A stretch of DNA of 64,000 bases from NCBI GenBank assembly GCA_964016885.1, contig OZ024741.1, positions 118,172,001-118,236,000 of the forward strand, in the 5' to 3' direction. Position numbers and translations under genes: made by a program. Source of the DNA: Eledone cirrhosa. Its lineage: Eukaryota. The notes beneath the pieces were generated by a model. It did not search any database. It had not been told where the DNA came from and saw nothing but the letters and a program-made list of their open reading frames with translations. How positions within the stretch are numbered: position 1 is the stretch's first letter; every line of letters begins with the position of its first letter. This document shows positions 11,301 to 26,012 of the stretch, one piece after another.

Positions 11301-14300
11301 GGTTGGTTGTTCGGATGTGTTTGTGTGTGAATGTGGGGGATGGTATTAGCATGCAAGTGTATATCTTTGTTAGCCTGAATGAGTGTTTGTATTGGTATGT
11401 AAAAATGTGTGTTAGCATGTGTTAGTAGGTGTCAGTATGTATGTGTGTTTGTGTGTGATTTTGTGAATATGTGTGTACATGTGTGCTTGTGCATATGTGT
11501 GTGAATGTGTATTTGTGTAATGTGAGAAAGAGAGAAACCATTTTTTTTTTCTTTATCTTCCATATGGAATTCATTAACCTGTATTTCTTATCTGAGAGAA
11601 TTTTCATTGTTATCTTATTTTATTTCGTTTATATTTAATGTTCTTCTTTATTGTTGCTACTGTTATGTAATTACCAAAGGAATGTGAAACCTTGACTCCA
11701 TTCCTCTCAACTAAATTTACATGACTTTATATCTTCATATCGTCATTTAGTCGGGTTTTTATAAAAGAAGGTAAATTACTCATAAAAAAAAACAATAAAA
11801 AAAACGGAATCATTAGAATGTTGGACAGTATGCTTTACAGTATTTTTGTCTCTTTATATTGTGTTCAATTTCCTCTGAAGTCAACTTTACTTTTCATCCT
11901 TCTTGGGTTTGTAAAATAAAGTACTAGTCATTTACTGGGGTTGATGTAATCAACATATCCCTCTCCCCACAAATTGCTGACCTTGTGTCTTGTGTCTAAA
12001 TTAGAAAATATCATTACAAAAAAAAAAATACTCATCATTATCACAATATGTCTGCTTCTCATACTGGTGTAAGTTGACTGGCTCATCATAATCTGAGACT
12101 AAATATGTTAAAGAACCAAGTCTTGCTCAAATGTTCCATGGCTGGATGCTGTTCCTAATACCATCTACTTTACGAAATGTACTAACATTTTATTGTGGCA
12201 TCAGTACTAGAGATGTTGTTGATTGGCAGTGTCAGTAGAGCATCAGACACCCTGCTTCGTAGCATAGAGTTCTGACCATTTAAGTTCTGAGTTCAAATCC
12301 TGCTGAGGTTAGCTTTGCCTTTCATCCTTTCTCCTCCTTACTGGGTCGATAAAATAAAGTACCAGTAAGAACGGGGGTTGATTTAATCGACTTTCTCCTT
12401 CCCTTTAATTTGCTGACCTTGTGCCTAAAGTAGAAAAAATTATGTCTTCAGCAGGACTAAGACTTGCTAAGTAGAAAATAAAATAAAAGAAGCAACTGAG
12501 AAGGAAGTAAAATATTACTGTGAGGATTTAATTTGTATTCTCCACTTTTGTTTGATAAAGAATTCAATACCAAACTTGTAAAATAAGATAAGTACCGGTG
12601 TCAGTCAATCAAGTTCCTGTATTTGGTTCAATAATTGTTGGGGTGCCACTCTAGACATTTCACTGTCTGTCATGTCATTTCAGTGGGCCTTAGTAATGCT
12701 TGACAGTACCTATCTCCTATCCAAATGTCCACTCCTTCACCAAGTTTAGCCTGCCAGCAGAAGCAGTTGTCAGCGTGTGGCTGAAAAATGTCCTGGAGCC
12801 AAGTGAAATTTAGGTGTGAACCAGTCTATCCATCCAATGTTAAGGGTGTTGCTGTCAGACATCAAGGTGTTGTCTCTATCTGAACACCTTGGATTTTAAG
12901 ATGTTCCTTCAAATCTTGGATAACAGTACTGGGGTAGATATGATCAACTAAATTCCTTCAAGACGATGCTCCAGTATGGCCACAGTCTAAGGACTGAAAC
13001 CAGTAAAAGAATAAAATAATGTAACTAGTCAAAAGAAATTCATATACTTTATATTGCTGACTGTGGCTGATTCCATTTGAGTCAGAATCATAGGTATTGC
13101 TTAAAAATGCTGGTTGTGTAGCTGGAGAGTTTTGATGTCAGTTTTAATTGAAGCTAACTTTAAGCTCAGATACAGCTGCGTTGGTGTCACTATGGTGTGA
13201 AGACATTAAGGTAAAATTTATTGGTTGTAAAGTCTAGTTGCCTATTAGTTTTCTCTTGATTATGGTATATGATCCATTTGTGTCTGTGAAAGATATTAAT
13301 TATTTGCAATTTTAGTCTAACATAGAAGAAATATGATCTAACTGATTTGATAAAGTTGTCAAGATAATTTACCTTAACTATAGCCATTTGTCTTCTGTAA
13401 ATATTTTTTCCCTTTTCAAGGTATAGCTTTCAGTTGAATTGACAATTATTATAGTGTTGGGTAGAATATCTTTCTGCATTTGTTTTGGCTCTTTATGTTC
13501 TGAGTTCAAATCCTACTGAGGACAACTTAACATTTCATCCTTCCAGGGTTGATAATGTAAACAGTCTAAAGTAGTGGATTAGGGGTTAGAGAATCGAATT
13601 CATAATTGTGAGGTTACGAGTTCGATTCCCGGACCTGGCGATGTGTTATGTCCTTGAGCAAGACACTTTATTCCATGTTGCTCTTTCTAGCAGGAGTTGC
13701 AACCAGTAGACAGTATCAGCAATGAAAAGACCAATTGAAACATTGTTTTCTTGGTTTGATTTGATAAGTTCCACCCCACTCAGTAATCAAATGAGTTCTA
13801 AGATCTTGTCGATCAATCTAGAGCAGTGGGATGGAGGAATTGTTAGATTGGCAGAATTAGACAGGATGCCCTTGCAGTATTTGTTCTGGCTCTTTCCATT
13901 CTGAGTTCAAATCCTGGTGTTGCCTCACTCAGTTAGTAGATTGAATCTGGCCACCCTTGGTTGCATTGAGCAAACTTTACTCTGATGCAAGCATTCACGC
14001 AAAATCTCCAATTTAAGGATACCTTCCACCCCACCCCACCCCATCCCCCCTCTCTCTCTCTTTCATCAGTCTCAGAGGCCCTAGAGAAAAGATGGTAATG
14101 GGTATTGCTGCCCTTCCTCCTGACTAAGTGGTAAAAACTAAAAAGAAAAAGAAATATCAATATTGTTTCTATTCTATCCAAGAATGTTAAAATAATCAAT
14201 ACTTTTTTTTTCTTTCAGGGTTTTGATTGCCGTAATAAAAGAAAGAAATATCCAAGATATTCTTCTAATTGAAATCCAACCTGATTCCTTCAACAGCTAT

Positions 14301-14708
14301 TTAATGTGTACCATTGGACTGGCACAAATAAAATTGCTATGATGCAGCCCCATCACATTTGGATCGTGGACAATGGATAATCTCTGTTAACTAATAGTCC
14401 TTCCCTGCTCTGATTCTGCTCTTCTTTTTAGAATTATGTTGCATGTGAAATAATCTTGTGCTGCTGTTTACAAAGTATTCAAGCTAGCAATCATACAATT
14501 TGTTTCAACAATTGTGGACCCCTATCCTCTTTGAAATTACATCATTTGTAAATATACATAAATATTTTGCTATAGCTAACAATCCAACCTTAATCTTATT
14601 CATAGAATCAGATTGTGTGTTAGTTAATATTGTGCTGTTGTTTACAAAGTACTAAAGCTAGCAATCTATAATTCATTTTGACAATTGTAGTCCCTACCAT
14701 CTTTGTAA

Positions 14709-14742
<34 letters not shown>

Positions 14743-15813
14743 GTGTGTGCGTGTGTAAATATTTTGCTTCTTAATTCATGTTCTCAACATAGCCACAAAC
14801 TGTAATTTTTTTTTTGTATTTTTTAAAATTGATTTTATGTATTTATTACCTTTTTTTAAATTTTCCATTCAAAGCTCATCATTCACTGAAAGGATTAAAT
14901 TTAATTCCTTATTTTATTTGTAACTTATTATATTAGCTTAATTAAAAACATTCTTAAGCTGTTCATTAATACTTGAAATAAATTTGAAAAGCAAAAGAAA
15001 TTTAGAGAAAACAAATATTCTTTGATTACTGGTGCAATATACAAAATTGATCTCAATAAATTCTAAACACATCTCATATTTAAACGCAACTCTTATGTAA
15101 ACACGTTCCATATTTAAACACAACTCTTACATCAACACGTTCCATATTTAAACACATCTGTGTTACTATGATAGAATATTTCAAGATATATATGTATATA
15201 TTATAATTGTCTACTTATATGGCTATTTCAAACCAAGTAATTTCATTGATATTTAAAAATCCTTATTGATTCATTGTCAGCAAAAACAAAAACACAAAAA
15301 AAAATTATTTATTTATATGTATTTTATTGTTTTCCCCTTGGACAATTTAAAGAATCTCTTTTTTTAAATATTTTAATATCTGAGTAATTCTCATCATTTT
15401 CCTAGCTTGTACTAGCAATTTAGTAATATAATTTACTAAGAAAGCAAACAAGCAAGCCAGTATAGTAATTTCAAGTTGTCAGTCACAACTATTTTTTTGA
15501 AAGACAACACTTTATTATAATAAAAAAAAAATACTGCAACATTTTTTTTTTGTTTTAAATATTTTTTACATCTGGTAGATTTAACCAGACAATGTAGTCA
15601 TCACACAATATAATTGAGATTCTAGTTTTTTGTAAAGAAAACGACACCTTCACAACATTTTGTTTTTTACTCCTAGAACCCACCCGGTCACCATCATAGC
15701 TTTTAACCTCCAGAACCCACACAACCACCATCACAGCTACATTCCTTTCCCCACTCCTCAGAACCAATACCACTACCATCTTTAACAATTTAATTTATTA
15801 TCAAACTGACACC

Positions 15814-16123
15814 ATGGAAGACAGCGATACTGTATTCACGCAATATGTTGATGTGGGCAAGATCACAGATTACAATACAAAAGTGAATTCGTTAGCAGCT
15901 AGTGGGTCTCCGTCTCCCCTCCGAGTACCTTGTTCCTCGGAAGCAGAACTACAACAGTTGCTTAACAATCGAGACATGAAGCCTTTGAAGCTATTTCTAA
16001 GGACCAATCTCTGGCCAGTTGATCATCAATTAAGAAAAACACTTTGGCCACTTCTCAGCTCTAATCTACACAAGGCCCACTGTAATATTTATGATGAAAT
16101 GAAAGAACAGCTTTTTGGAAACG
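15814..16123 (+). CDS. TBC1D24: TBC1D24/skywalker-like protein, first coding exon (MEDSDTVFTQYVD...KEQLFGN)
   Basis: Strong Kozak context gacaccATGG. The segment LKLFLRTNLWPVDHQLRKTLWPLL resembles the TBC1D24 N-terminus. GTAAGT donor at 16124, phase 1. Confidence 0.85.
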
Positions 16124-16491
16124 GTAAGTACCTGAAAAAAAATGGATAATTCTTTGTGGCTGTTATGTTGTTTCATCATTTCATCATTTCATTTTACGTC
16201 CGCTTTTTCCCTGCTTATTTAAATATTTCTGCAGTGAAGACATGCAGCTTAGTGATTAGAGTGTTCAGCTTATGATCATAAGGTTGTGAGCTTGATTCTT
16301 GGTGGTGCATTATGTCCTTAAACAAGATACTTTATTTCATGTTGCTCCAGTCCACTCACATGGCAAAAATGATTGTAACTGTAATTCAAAAGGCCAGCTG
16401 AATCTCCCAGGAAACCATGTTAGCGGCCTATTATGATTGTCTACTCATATGGCTATTTCAAACCAAGTAATTTTATTAAGATTTAAAAAAA

Positions 16492-16618
<127 letters not shown>

Positions 16619-18837
16619 CCTTGCACCTTTCAACTCTTTCTGTCTGTCTCTCTCACTTCCATATCACTTTATGGTTCATTCTCTTTCTCTTATCTCTATA
16701 TCACATTATGACACACCATTTATCCTCTCTCTCTTTCTCTCTCTTTAAATCTATCAACTATACCCTTCCATAAAATATTATTCTTTCCCTTGTGACCAAT
16801 CTACAAGATGCAATTGTTTTATTACACAATATGACAGTATTAGATAGATAGAGCTCGATCTACAAGATCCCAACCTCATCTGCTTACAGAGTTGGGGGAA
16901 ACTCGTCAAATCAGACCAAGGAAACATTATTTCCATTGGTCTTTCCATTGCTGATACTATCTACCAGTCACAACTCCTGACATTATTAAAATGTGAAAAA
17001 CAGTAGAAATTCAGATTAAATACCCTGTGCTATTTACTTTTCTTCCTTTACACATGGCTGTTCTAATTCTGTTAGGGTTGAATTTGCTTTTCATCTTATG
17101 TAAGTCAAAAGTCTGTCTTGAGCCCGGAGGCTCATCAGGTTGGTACTTATTCCAGTTTCCATGGCATTAAGTGACTGAGTGTATAAGACTCCCTGCTGGA
17201 CAAGATGCCAGTCCATCGCAGGGTTAAACCTCCAGCTATGGCTGGTGATCATTTTCAACTGAGTATACTGGAGCAACATGAAATGAAGTGTTTTGTTCAA
17301 GAATGCAACACCCAACTTAATCCAGGAATTGAATCTATGACTTATGATTGTAAGTTCAACACCCTACCACTAGGCCATGATAAAATAAATATATTTACTT
17401 TTCACACCAAACTGCTCCAAACCACTCTTGGTTCTATAATACAAAATTGCTTATTTTAAAAGGTTTATATTTAAATTAATATCTTCCATCATAATTATAT
17501 GTCAGGAATTTTTTGTCACATAACGTTTCAATGATCAGATAAATGTTGCAAAAGTTAGTTATTTTACTAAACTCTCAAAGTTTTTTTTATTAAAAATTTT
17601 TTATTAAATCTCGTTAGAATATGGTAACAAGAGGGTTAACACATGGCTATTCAAATCCTGCTAGGGTTGATTATGCTTTCCATCCCACCAGGGTCAATAA
17701 TCTAAGTGCCAGGTTTGTACAGGGTTGATAGAAATCTGTTTACATCCATTGTGTTCTTGTGTCTATATAATGAATCTTTAGTTTTACAAGACAAGACGTG
17801 CAATTTCTGAACAGGGTCTCTGAGAAAAAGTTTTGCAAGGTTGAACAAGCTGGTTTTCAGGCTCCCAGTGTGGCACAAGAGCTTCTCTAAATATTCAAGA
17901 AGGGCTGAGGGTTTCCTTCTTTTTTTATCTTATTGGTGGTGGGTCAGATATTTGCAATCTCCCTCTTTGCATCTTCAAACCCAAAGCTGATGTACCAGCC
18001 CTATATCTAAATATCAACATACAGAAAAGTCTGTCCTAAGCCCAGAAGCACATCAGCTTATATCAATTTCATTGGGGTTGAGAGAGTGAGAGTACACTGT
18101 AGGGTTAACCCCCATTTGCTGCTGGTACTCATTTTTATTTCTCAACCAAGTGGACTAGAGCAACATGAAATGAAATTTTTTGCTCAAGGACATTGTGTAC
18201 TGCCTGTTCTGGTAATCAAACTCATAACCTTTTGAGTGTGAGCCCTACACCCTAATCACTAGGCTATCTGCCTTCACTTTATATACAGGGCAGGCCGTAA
18301 TTAGCTTACTGATAAGAAATATGAATTACAAAAAATGAAACCATAGTGATATTAAACTTTATTCCAAAAGTAATTCTAAGACACAGTTCGTGTATGTTTA
18401 ATATAGTTACACTACATGTTTGAAATATTGCCTTTTTGCAAACACACTTTATTATTACAAACAAACCTGAGACCTTACATATGTACACTGTACCCTGCCT
18501 GCCTGGGAGATCAGTGGCTCTGCTTCAGTACTGACTTGGTCTAAATGGACCTGTCAAACCCTTGCTAGCAGGGAAAACAGACGTTAAAACGACAAGGATG
18601 ATAAAACATATATGTAGCTGATCTCTCAAACTTTTATGAAGCGCTGAGGGGATAAAGTTAAACTAAAGAGTGGTGTGCTCATATGTGGAGATGCTATAAA
18701 ATAGCTTATAAAATAGCATGAAGACCCTTGAAGATGGAAAAAGAAGTAACCATTGGCTGCTATTATATAGCATCTCCACACGCGAGCACACTATTCTTTC
18801 TAATATTGTTTTCTTTTGTCATCAGTAAATTAATTAT

Positions 18838-19120
18838 GAGGCGGTGAATTGGCAGAGTCGTTAGAATGTTGGATAGAATGCTTTATGGTATTCTTTCCAG
18901 CTCTCTGCTCTCTGAGTTCAAATCCCTCCAAGGTCAACTTTGCCTTTCATCCTTTCGAGGTCGATAAAGAAAGTACCAGTCTAGTACTGGGGTCGATTCT
19001 TCCTGTATATCTCTTTCTCTGGAAGAAATCTGCTGTACTCAGGCCTGGAGAGGGATGGGCTCCGCCAAGTTTAAAATGCCCAGGCAATGCTGGCACCCCA
19101 ACGACTCTATCAGGAGTTAC
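18838..19120 (+). mobile_element. Nin-core SINE subfamily with an alternative 3' region (also about 31187-31510, 36490-36770, 61778-62070)
   Basis: Same head and core, followed by gaagaaatctgctgt...cctggagagggatgggc...ggagttac in four copies. Confidence 0.75.
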
Positions 19121-19237
19121 ATAACTATACAAACTAATTATCACCCACCCTGTATAAAATTAATTTTTGTTTGTTTTGTTTTTCTGTGTATAAAAAAAGC
19201 AAACTGATATTGACAGTAGATATGGATTTCTTTTCAG

Positions 19238-19548
19238 AAACCAAACACCATGTTCCTGTGTCAGTTTTAGGAGACCACAAGATTTCAACACCATATTTCT
19301 TGAACAACTTAGGCATGGAAGAAGTTGAAAAGATTCTTGGAATTATTTCCCATACAAATCCTGACATTTCCTACTGTCCAATGCTACAATGTCTAGTCAG
19401 TATTCTACTACATTACATGCAGCCATCGGAATGTTTCAATACCATCTATGCTCTATTCCGTAGCAAGTCACAGACTTACTTAACCATGAATAAATCTTCC
19501 CACAATGCAATTAAACTGGTTATGCGGGACCTTTCAAAGAAATATGCA
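19238..19548 (+). CDS. TBC1D24: TBC1D24-like coding exon 2 (TBC domain)
   Basis: Acceptor ttcttttcag. The phase 1 join gives E-TKHHVP. Contains PYFLNNLG, PDISYCPMLQCLVSILLHYMQPSECF. GTAAGA donor at 19549, phase 0. Confidence 0.9.
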
Positions 19549-19605
19549 GTAAGAATTTTTACAATATTCTGTTTTTACAGCATTTCCCTTACTTTAGATA
19601 CTGTT

Positions 19606-19831
19606 TTAACCCTTTAGCATTTACATTACTCTATATATACTATTGTATTTTCACAGTAAAGGCTTTATCTCATAGTATATCACATAATATCGAATCTATG
19701 AGACTTTGATATTATTTATTTTGAGAACTATACTTTAACATCTGTATGAGTGGCTAGTTAAAGCCAGTTTGAACAGAAAGAAGTAAGAGAATTCTGGCCG
19801 GATATGGCCGGTTTAAATGTTAAAGGGTTAA
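19606..19831. mobile_element. piggyBac-like MITE family 1
   Basis: ttaaccctttagcattt...aaatgttaaagggttaa. Confidence 0.85.
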
Positions 19832-19877
19832 CAGGAAAAATAGCCTTGTTGCATTGTTGGTTTTATATGTGTATTAT

Positions 19878-20810
19878 GTCATCATCATGATCATCATCAT
19901 TTTACGTCCGCTTTTCCCTGCTTGCAAGGGTGGGATGGGTCCTATTCAGCACAGCATCTCTCCACTTGTCACGGTCCTTCGTCATCTCCACCGTGAGTTT
20001 CAGCGATCTGAGGTCTGCTCTCACCACCTCCGCCCATGTTTTCCGTGGTCTTCCTCTACTGCGTCTTCCTTCAAATTGGCATTTCTTGGCATTTGTTTAC
20101 CCAGCGGTCATCCTCCATGCACATCACATGTCCATACCATCGCAGTCTTCCCTCCCGCACACTACAACTTATCCCTCTTAAACACAGTTTCTCTCTCAAC
20201 ACATTCATGCACATTGACATTGCACATAGAATGGAGCATGCTTGCATCATTTCTCTCCAGCCAGCACATATCCTCTGCAGTTGCTGCCCACATCTCACTA
20301 CCATGCAGCATCGCGCACCTCACACAGGCATCATATAACCGGCCTTTCGTACGCAGGGAGAAACCCTTCTTCATCAGCAGAGGAAGCAGCTCCCTAAACT
20401 TCTTCCAACCCGTCCTTATTCTAGATACTATGGCCTCGGAAAACCCCCCTCCCATGCTAATCTGATCACCTAGGTACCAGAAGCTATCAACCACTTCTAT
20501 AGAACCCACTTGCATTTGAAAAATGTGTCTATCAATGCGACTTCTACTGTCAAATTTCCCTGTATATGTACTGCCTACGTATTTTTCCCTACTTGTTAGT
20601 TTGCCTGCTATCCAACTACATCTCTTGTGTACCCAAGATCTGCATTGTGTACATTTTATAGAATTTATGCCAGTTCATTTTCTGCATATCGAAAATGGCC
20701 ATTTCCCTGACAGAATCAGAGTTTTGTCCTCTTTTCTACTCATCAACACTTTTGTCTTGGCTAGGTTCACTCTCAATCCTCTTAATTCCAACTGCTGTTT
20801 CCATAGCCAG
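19878..20810 (-). mobile_element. RTE LINE family B (short 3' UTR), 3' fragment
   Basis: VNLAKTKVL, YLGDQISMGGG, RLRWYGHV. Distinct 3' end cccacccttgcaagcagggaaaagcggacgtaaaatgatgatg on the - strand. Confidence 0.88.
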
Positions 20811-20870
20811 AATTTATACAGCATCAGGCATGTATACCGAATGTGGTGCAAGTGGGGCGGGTGGGGGGAT

Positions 20871-21432
20871 TGAGAACTATAATGGCTTATGCATACAAAT
20901 TTATATGCAAACACTTTCAATGGCGTATACATACAAATTTTATATGTAAACACATTCAACACAGTTTATATCACATACAAATTACATACATATATATATA
21001 TATACAAATCTCATACACATATACAAATCTCATACATACATATATATCTATATATATATATACAACCGAAAAAAGTTTGGAGACATAAATATAAACACTT
21101 ATCTTGTACAAAGTTTTCATAACAATCTCACACTTTCAACATATAGAAATTCACGGCATTTAGCACGTGCAGAAATAACGAAATTCTTGTGAGAACTATA
21201 ATGGCTTATACGACAAATTTATATGCAAACACTTTCAACACTTTCAATGGCAGATACATACAAATTTTATATGCAAACACATTCAACACAGTTTAAATCA
21301 CATATATACATTTATATATACAAATCTCATATACATATACAAATCTCGTACATACATATATATATATACAACCGAAAAAGTTTGGAGACATATATATAAA
21401 CACTTATCTTATACAAAATTTTCATAGCAATC
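20871..21432. repeat. About 320-bp tandem duplication, with a further partial unit at 24680-24735 across the RTE insertion
   Basis: gagaactataatggcttat...tacaaccgaaaaagtttggagaca...aacacttatctt is repeated. Confidence 0.8.
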
Positions 21433-21441
21433 AGTTGTATA

Positions 21442-24400
21442 TCATCATCACCATTTTACGTCCATTCTTCCACGCTAGCATGGGTTAGACAGGTTGTCCT
21501 GTTGTGGGCAATGCCCGATCGGCTGACCATGTCTTGCTCATAAGGGAACTGATTCTGGCTTGATTTCTACAGCTGGATGCCCTTCCTAACACCAACCTCA
21601 TTTACAGTGAGTGCTGGGTGCTTTTTTCCCATGGCGCCTACACGTCCACTTTACAGTGTGGGCTGGGTGCTTTTTTGCCGTGGCACCTCCACGACCACTT
21701 TGCAGTGAGAGGGGGTGGGGGCATATTGTCTATATGCTTCAGCTTCAGCTTGTACCTGTGGGAGGTCGGGTCTTCTGTATTACTGTGTAACGCCAAAGGT
21801 CACGGTCGTATGTCATCTCCTCGTATGTCAGGTGCAATTGGGTAAGGTCGGCTTTTATCACCTCATCCCAGGCCTTCTTGGGTCTCCCCACTCTGCGGCT
21901 TCCATCGACTTCTAGTGCTCTGCACCTTTTTATGCAGCTGTCATCCTTCATATACATCACATGTCCATACCAATGTAACCTCCTCTCCTGCACACAGCAT
22001 TTGATTCCTCTTATGCTCAGTCTATCTCTCAATTCGTTTATACTTTGCCGTTCACGTATATTACTATTATACATCCATCGGAGCATGCAGGCTTCGTTTC
22101 TTTCTAATCTATGCAAGTTTTCTACAGACAGTGCCCATGTCACACTACCATGTAACATTGCTGTTCGCATACACGCATCATACAGTCTGCCTTTCATTTT
22201 GAGGGAAAAGCCTTTTGCTGCTAGCAGTGGCAGTAGCTCCCTGAACTTCTTCCATCCTTTTCTTACCCTAGTTATTGCACTTTCCAAACACCCACCGTCG
22301 CTGCTAATTCGGTCACCTAGGTAGCAGAAGCTGTCTACTGTTTCTACAGAGCCCTCCCAGAGTTTGGTGGTGCTTGTTTCCTGTGGCCGTTTGCTGCTTG
22401 CTGTCCCAGCACAGCTGCTACATGTGAAGCCTACATTCTTAGTTAAGCTTCCTGAGATCCCACTACATCTCTTGTGTACCCATTGTTTGCATTTGGAGCA
22501 GAGGATGGAGTTCCTACCTACACCTTTCCTACATACTGAACAAGGCCATTTCCCTGAGGGGATCTGGGTTCTGTTTTCTCATCTACTTACAAGGACCTTA
22601 GTCTTTGTCAGGTTTACTTTGAGACCCTTTCTTTCTCTTCCCTGCTTCCATGTTTGGAATTTCTTCTCTAGTTCTACCATAGATTCAGCTATAAGTGCGA
22701 GGTCATCTGCATACAGGAGTTCCCATGGGCATCCAGTCTTAAACTCATCCATTATTGCCTGTAAAACTATGATGAACAGGAGAGGGTTAAGAACAGAGCC
22801 CTGGTGGACACCAGCCTGCATGCTAAATTCCTCGCTATAGTCATTGCTAATCCTAACTTTGCTGACTGCTCCCCTATACATGGCTTGTACAGCTTTCAGA
22901 AGCCATTCATCTACTCCTAGTTTTCTAAGAGCCCACCAGATTATAGCATGGAAGACTCTGTCAAAGCTTTCTCCAGATCGACGAATACCAGGTAGAGCGG
23001 CTTACTTTTAACTAGGTACTTTTCCTGTAACTGCCTCACAAGGAAGAGGGCATCAGTGGTGCCTTTTCCTGGCACAAACCCAAATTGCATTTCATCTAGT
23101 TTCATCCGGTCCCTAATCAACTGTGCTATAACTCTTTCCGTTATTTTCAGGACCTGGTCCATCAGCTTTATAGCTCTATAGTTTCCTCTATCTAGTGCAT
23201 CTCCTTTACCTTTGTAGCAATTGACAATGATGCTGCTGCACCAATCCTTTCGTATGACACCCTCTAGTATTACCTGGTTAACAATACGTGTGGTTATGGT
23301 GTGACCTACCGACCCAGATGCCTTCAGCATCTCGGCAGCTATACCGGATGAACCGGTTGCCTTCCTCTTCATATCTTTGATTGCCTTACTTACTACGCTG
23401 CTGCTGACTTGTACTGCTGGCCCCTCTATAGGGTCTACTTGGAGTAGGGTCTCTTTTTCTTATGCATTTTCCTCATTTAGTAATTTTTCATAATGGCTCT
23501 TCCACGCATCTTTCTTCTCAGTACTTGTGAGGGCAAGCTCACCTTTATCATTCCGGATACACTTCTCTCCAATGACATCCCAATTCTCTCTGACACACTG
23601 CCTCGCAATCTTGAAAACCTCCTGTTTCTGGTCCTCACGTTGCAAAACATACTTGAATTTTCTATCCTCCGCTTCCTTTCTAGCTATGTATACTTGTCGC
23701 CTAGCTTCCCTCCCGGTCTCTATGTAATGTACCCTGCTTCTCCCGTTCTTCCATTCTTTCAATGCTTGTCTCTTAGCCTTAACTGCCTCATCTACCTTAT
23801 TGTTCCACCACCAAGTCACTCTCCTCCTGCCTATTGTCTTGCTCCAGCCATGTCGCCTTTAGTAAGTTATTTTTTAGGAACTCCCAGTGTTCTTCTACAT
23901 TGAATGTCTATATCTGTTCTTCTTTACTGTCATAGGCGTTGAGTAAAATATCTTTAAATCTGTTACTGTCTGAGATCTTTCTTCTCCAGGTTGCCTTCTG
24001 TTTCCAAGTTCGTCTAGATCTGACAGTGAGGTCGCTGACAACTAAGTTATGTTGGGAGGTACATTCCTCACTAGGGAAGGCTTTTGTGTTTACGACCGTC
24101 CATCTATCACATCCTCTGATGAGGATAAAATCTATCTGACTAGAATGCTCCCCTGATCTATAGGTGATCAGATGATTTTTTGAAGTTTGTGTTACATGTC
24201 ATTGGCGTCACAGAATTCTAGAAGCATGAAGCCTTCTTCATTTCTTGTGCCAAACCTATGGCCTCCATGAACTCTACAGAAGCCGTCACAGTGCTTACCT
24301 ACATGTCCGTTAAAATCTCCTGCAATGATTAGGAAGTCATTGTTGTTTGTTAGGGCAGTAGTGTGCATTAGGGACTCGTAAAACCTATCCTTAAGTTCGT

Positions 24401-24676
24401 CTGGCAACCCCGATTAGGGTGCGTAAGCTGATATTATTGTGGCAATTGTTTTATTCAGGACTAGTCTAAGTTTAATGATTCTTGCATTCACCCTGTTCAC
24501 TGAGATTACCTTATCTACCCATTTATCAGCTAATAGTATACCTACACCACCCATCCCGTTGTCATTTCTCACCCAGAAAAATTTGTAGCACTGACTTTTA
24601 CCTACAAAGACTCAAGCGGACTCTCCCCTCCATCTAGTCTCTTGCACACAGCATACATCAATTTCCTTTCGCTCTG
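21442..24676 (-). mobile_element. RTE LINE family A, decayed near-full-length copy including part of the APE endonuclease
   Basis: ORF fragments show APE (IIAGDFNGHVG, RNEEG..LLEFC), RT (LLYADD) and the C-terminus, broken by stops and frameshifts. (CAT)n tail near 21442. Confidence 0.93.
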
Positions 24677-24744
24677 TATATATACATATATACAACCGAA
24701 AAAAAATTGGAGACAAATATAAACACTTATCTTGTATGTGTATA

Positions 24745-25065
24745 TCTATACTAATAAAGCTGACGGCCGTATGTATGTAACAAACTTTTCGCCAAACGGC
24801 ACCAAATTTGCACCATAGATGTAACTTTTTTAAGTAAGAAAGTGAGGGTATTTTTGTCTACTAAATTTTGTTAAAAGATTAAAGATATTATTTAAATATT
24901 GACTTCTTTAAAATTTTCAAATGTCAACACTTCCGGTTATACGACATTCCTCTCTCTTTCTTAGTCTGTCTTTTTAGATAGTTATAACGTCGCGCCCTTA
25001 TAATATGTCTCTGTATGTCTGATGTCTGCATTATGAAAACCATTCTATACATTAACTTCGCTATC

Positions 25066-25153
<88 letters not shown>

Positions 25154-25939
25154 TTAGTATCGTAAATAAGAGACAGTTTAATTTGTACATTTTATTATAC
25201 CATTTCTTTATATGTATATATATATACATACATAAACAAGTTATTTAAGGTGTATAAAAAAGAAGTATAATTGTTTCTACTTTTGGCACAAGGCCAGCAA
25301 TTATCCCAGTACATTACTGGTACTTTATTATATATTATAATACAACATTTCTCTCTCATTCTTACTCTGTCTTTTTAGATAGATACATAGCTATAATATT
25401 GCGCACTTATAATGTCTGTCTGTATGTCTGCTGTCTGCATTGACTTCGCTTTTAACCAACTTTTAATTAATTATATATATAATTATATATTCGTGTACAT
25501 ATTTTCAACAGTAATACTATACTATATATTTTCAACAGTAATACTGTACTGTACTATATATTTTCAACAGTAATAATGTACTATACTATATATTTTCAAC
25601 AGTAATAATGTATTATATATTTTCAACAGTAATACTATACTATACTACATATTTTCAACAGTAATACTATACTATACTATATAATAATACTATACTATAT
25701 CAGCAGCGCTGTCTTAACGCATGGGCACGCTGGGCAGTTGCCCGGGGGCCCCACGAGGATAGGGAGCCCATTTGTATTTTTATTCCTGTGAGTGGTTGTG
25801 TAGGTAGGGGCCCCAGTGCTCTGCTTTTCCGGGGGGGGGGGGGGCTATAATGCTGTTATGACGGTCCTGTATAACAATAATACTATACTACACAGACGGC
25901 TTATCGTCTGTTTATCCAAGCGAAGCTAGGTACGTCAGC

Positions 25940-25970
<31 letters not shown>

Positions 25971-26012
25971 GGATGCTGTAAAACACACCAGTGGTAGCTA
26001 GGCGCCAGCTAG
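24745..26012 (+). mobile_element. Non-autonomous Helitron-like element with internal minisatellites
   Basis: 5' TCTATACTAATAAAGC start. 3' hairpin-like ccaagcgaagctagg followed by tacgtcagcta, and a second possible end cagCTAG at 26009-26012 followed by T. Confidence 0.55.
25704..25869. mobile_element. hAT-like MITE nested in the Helitron-like element
   Basis: TIRs cagcgctgtcttaac and gttatgacggtcctg, GC-rich interior, degenerate 8-bp TSD tatatcag/tataacaa. Confidence 0.65.
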
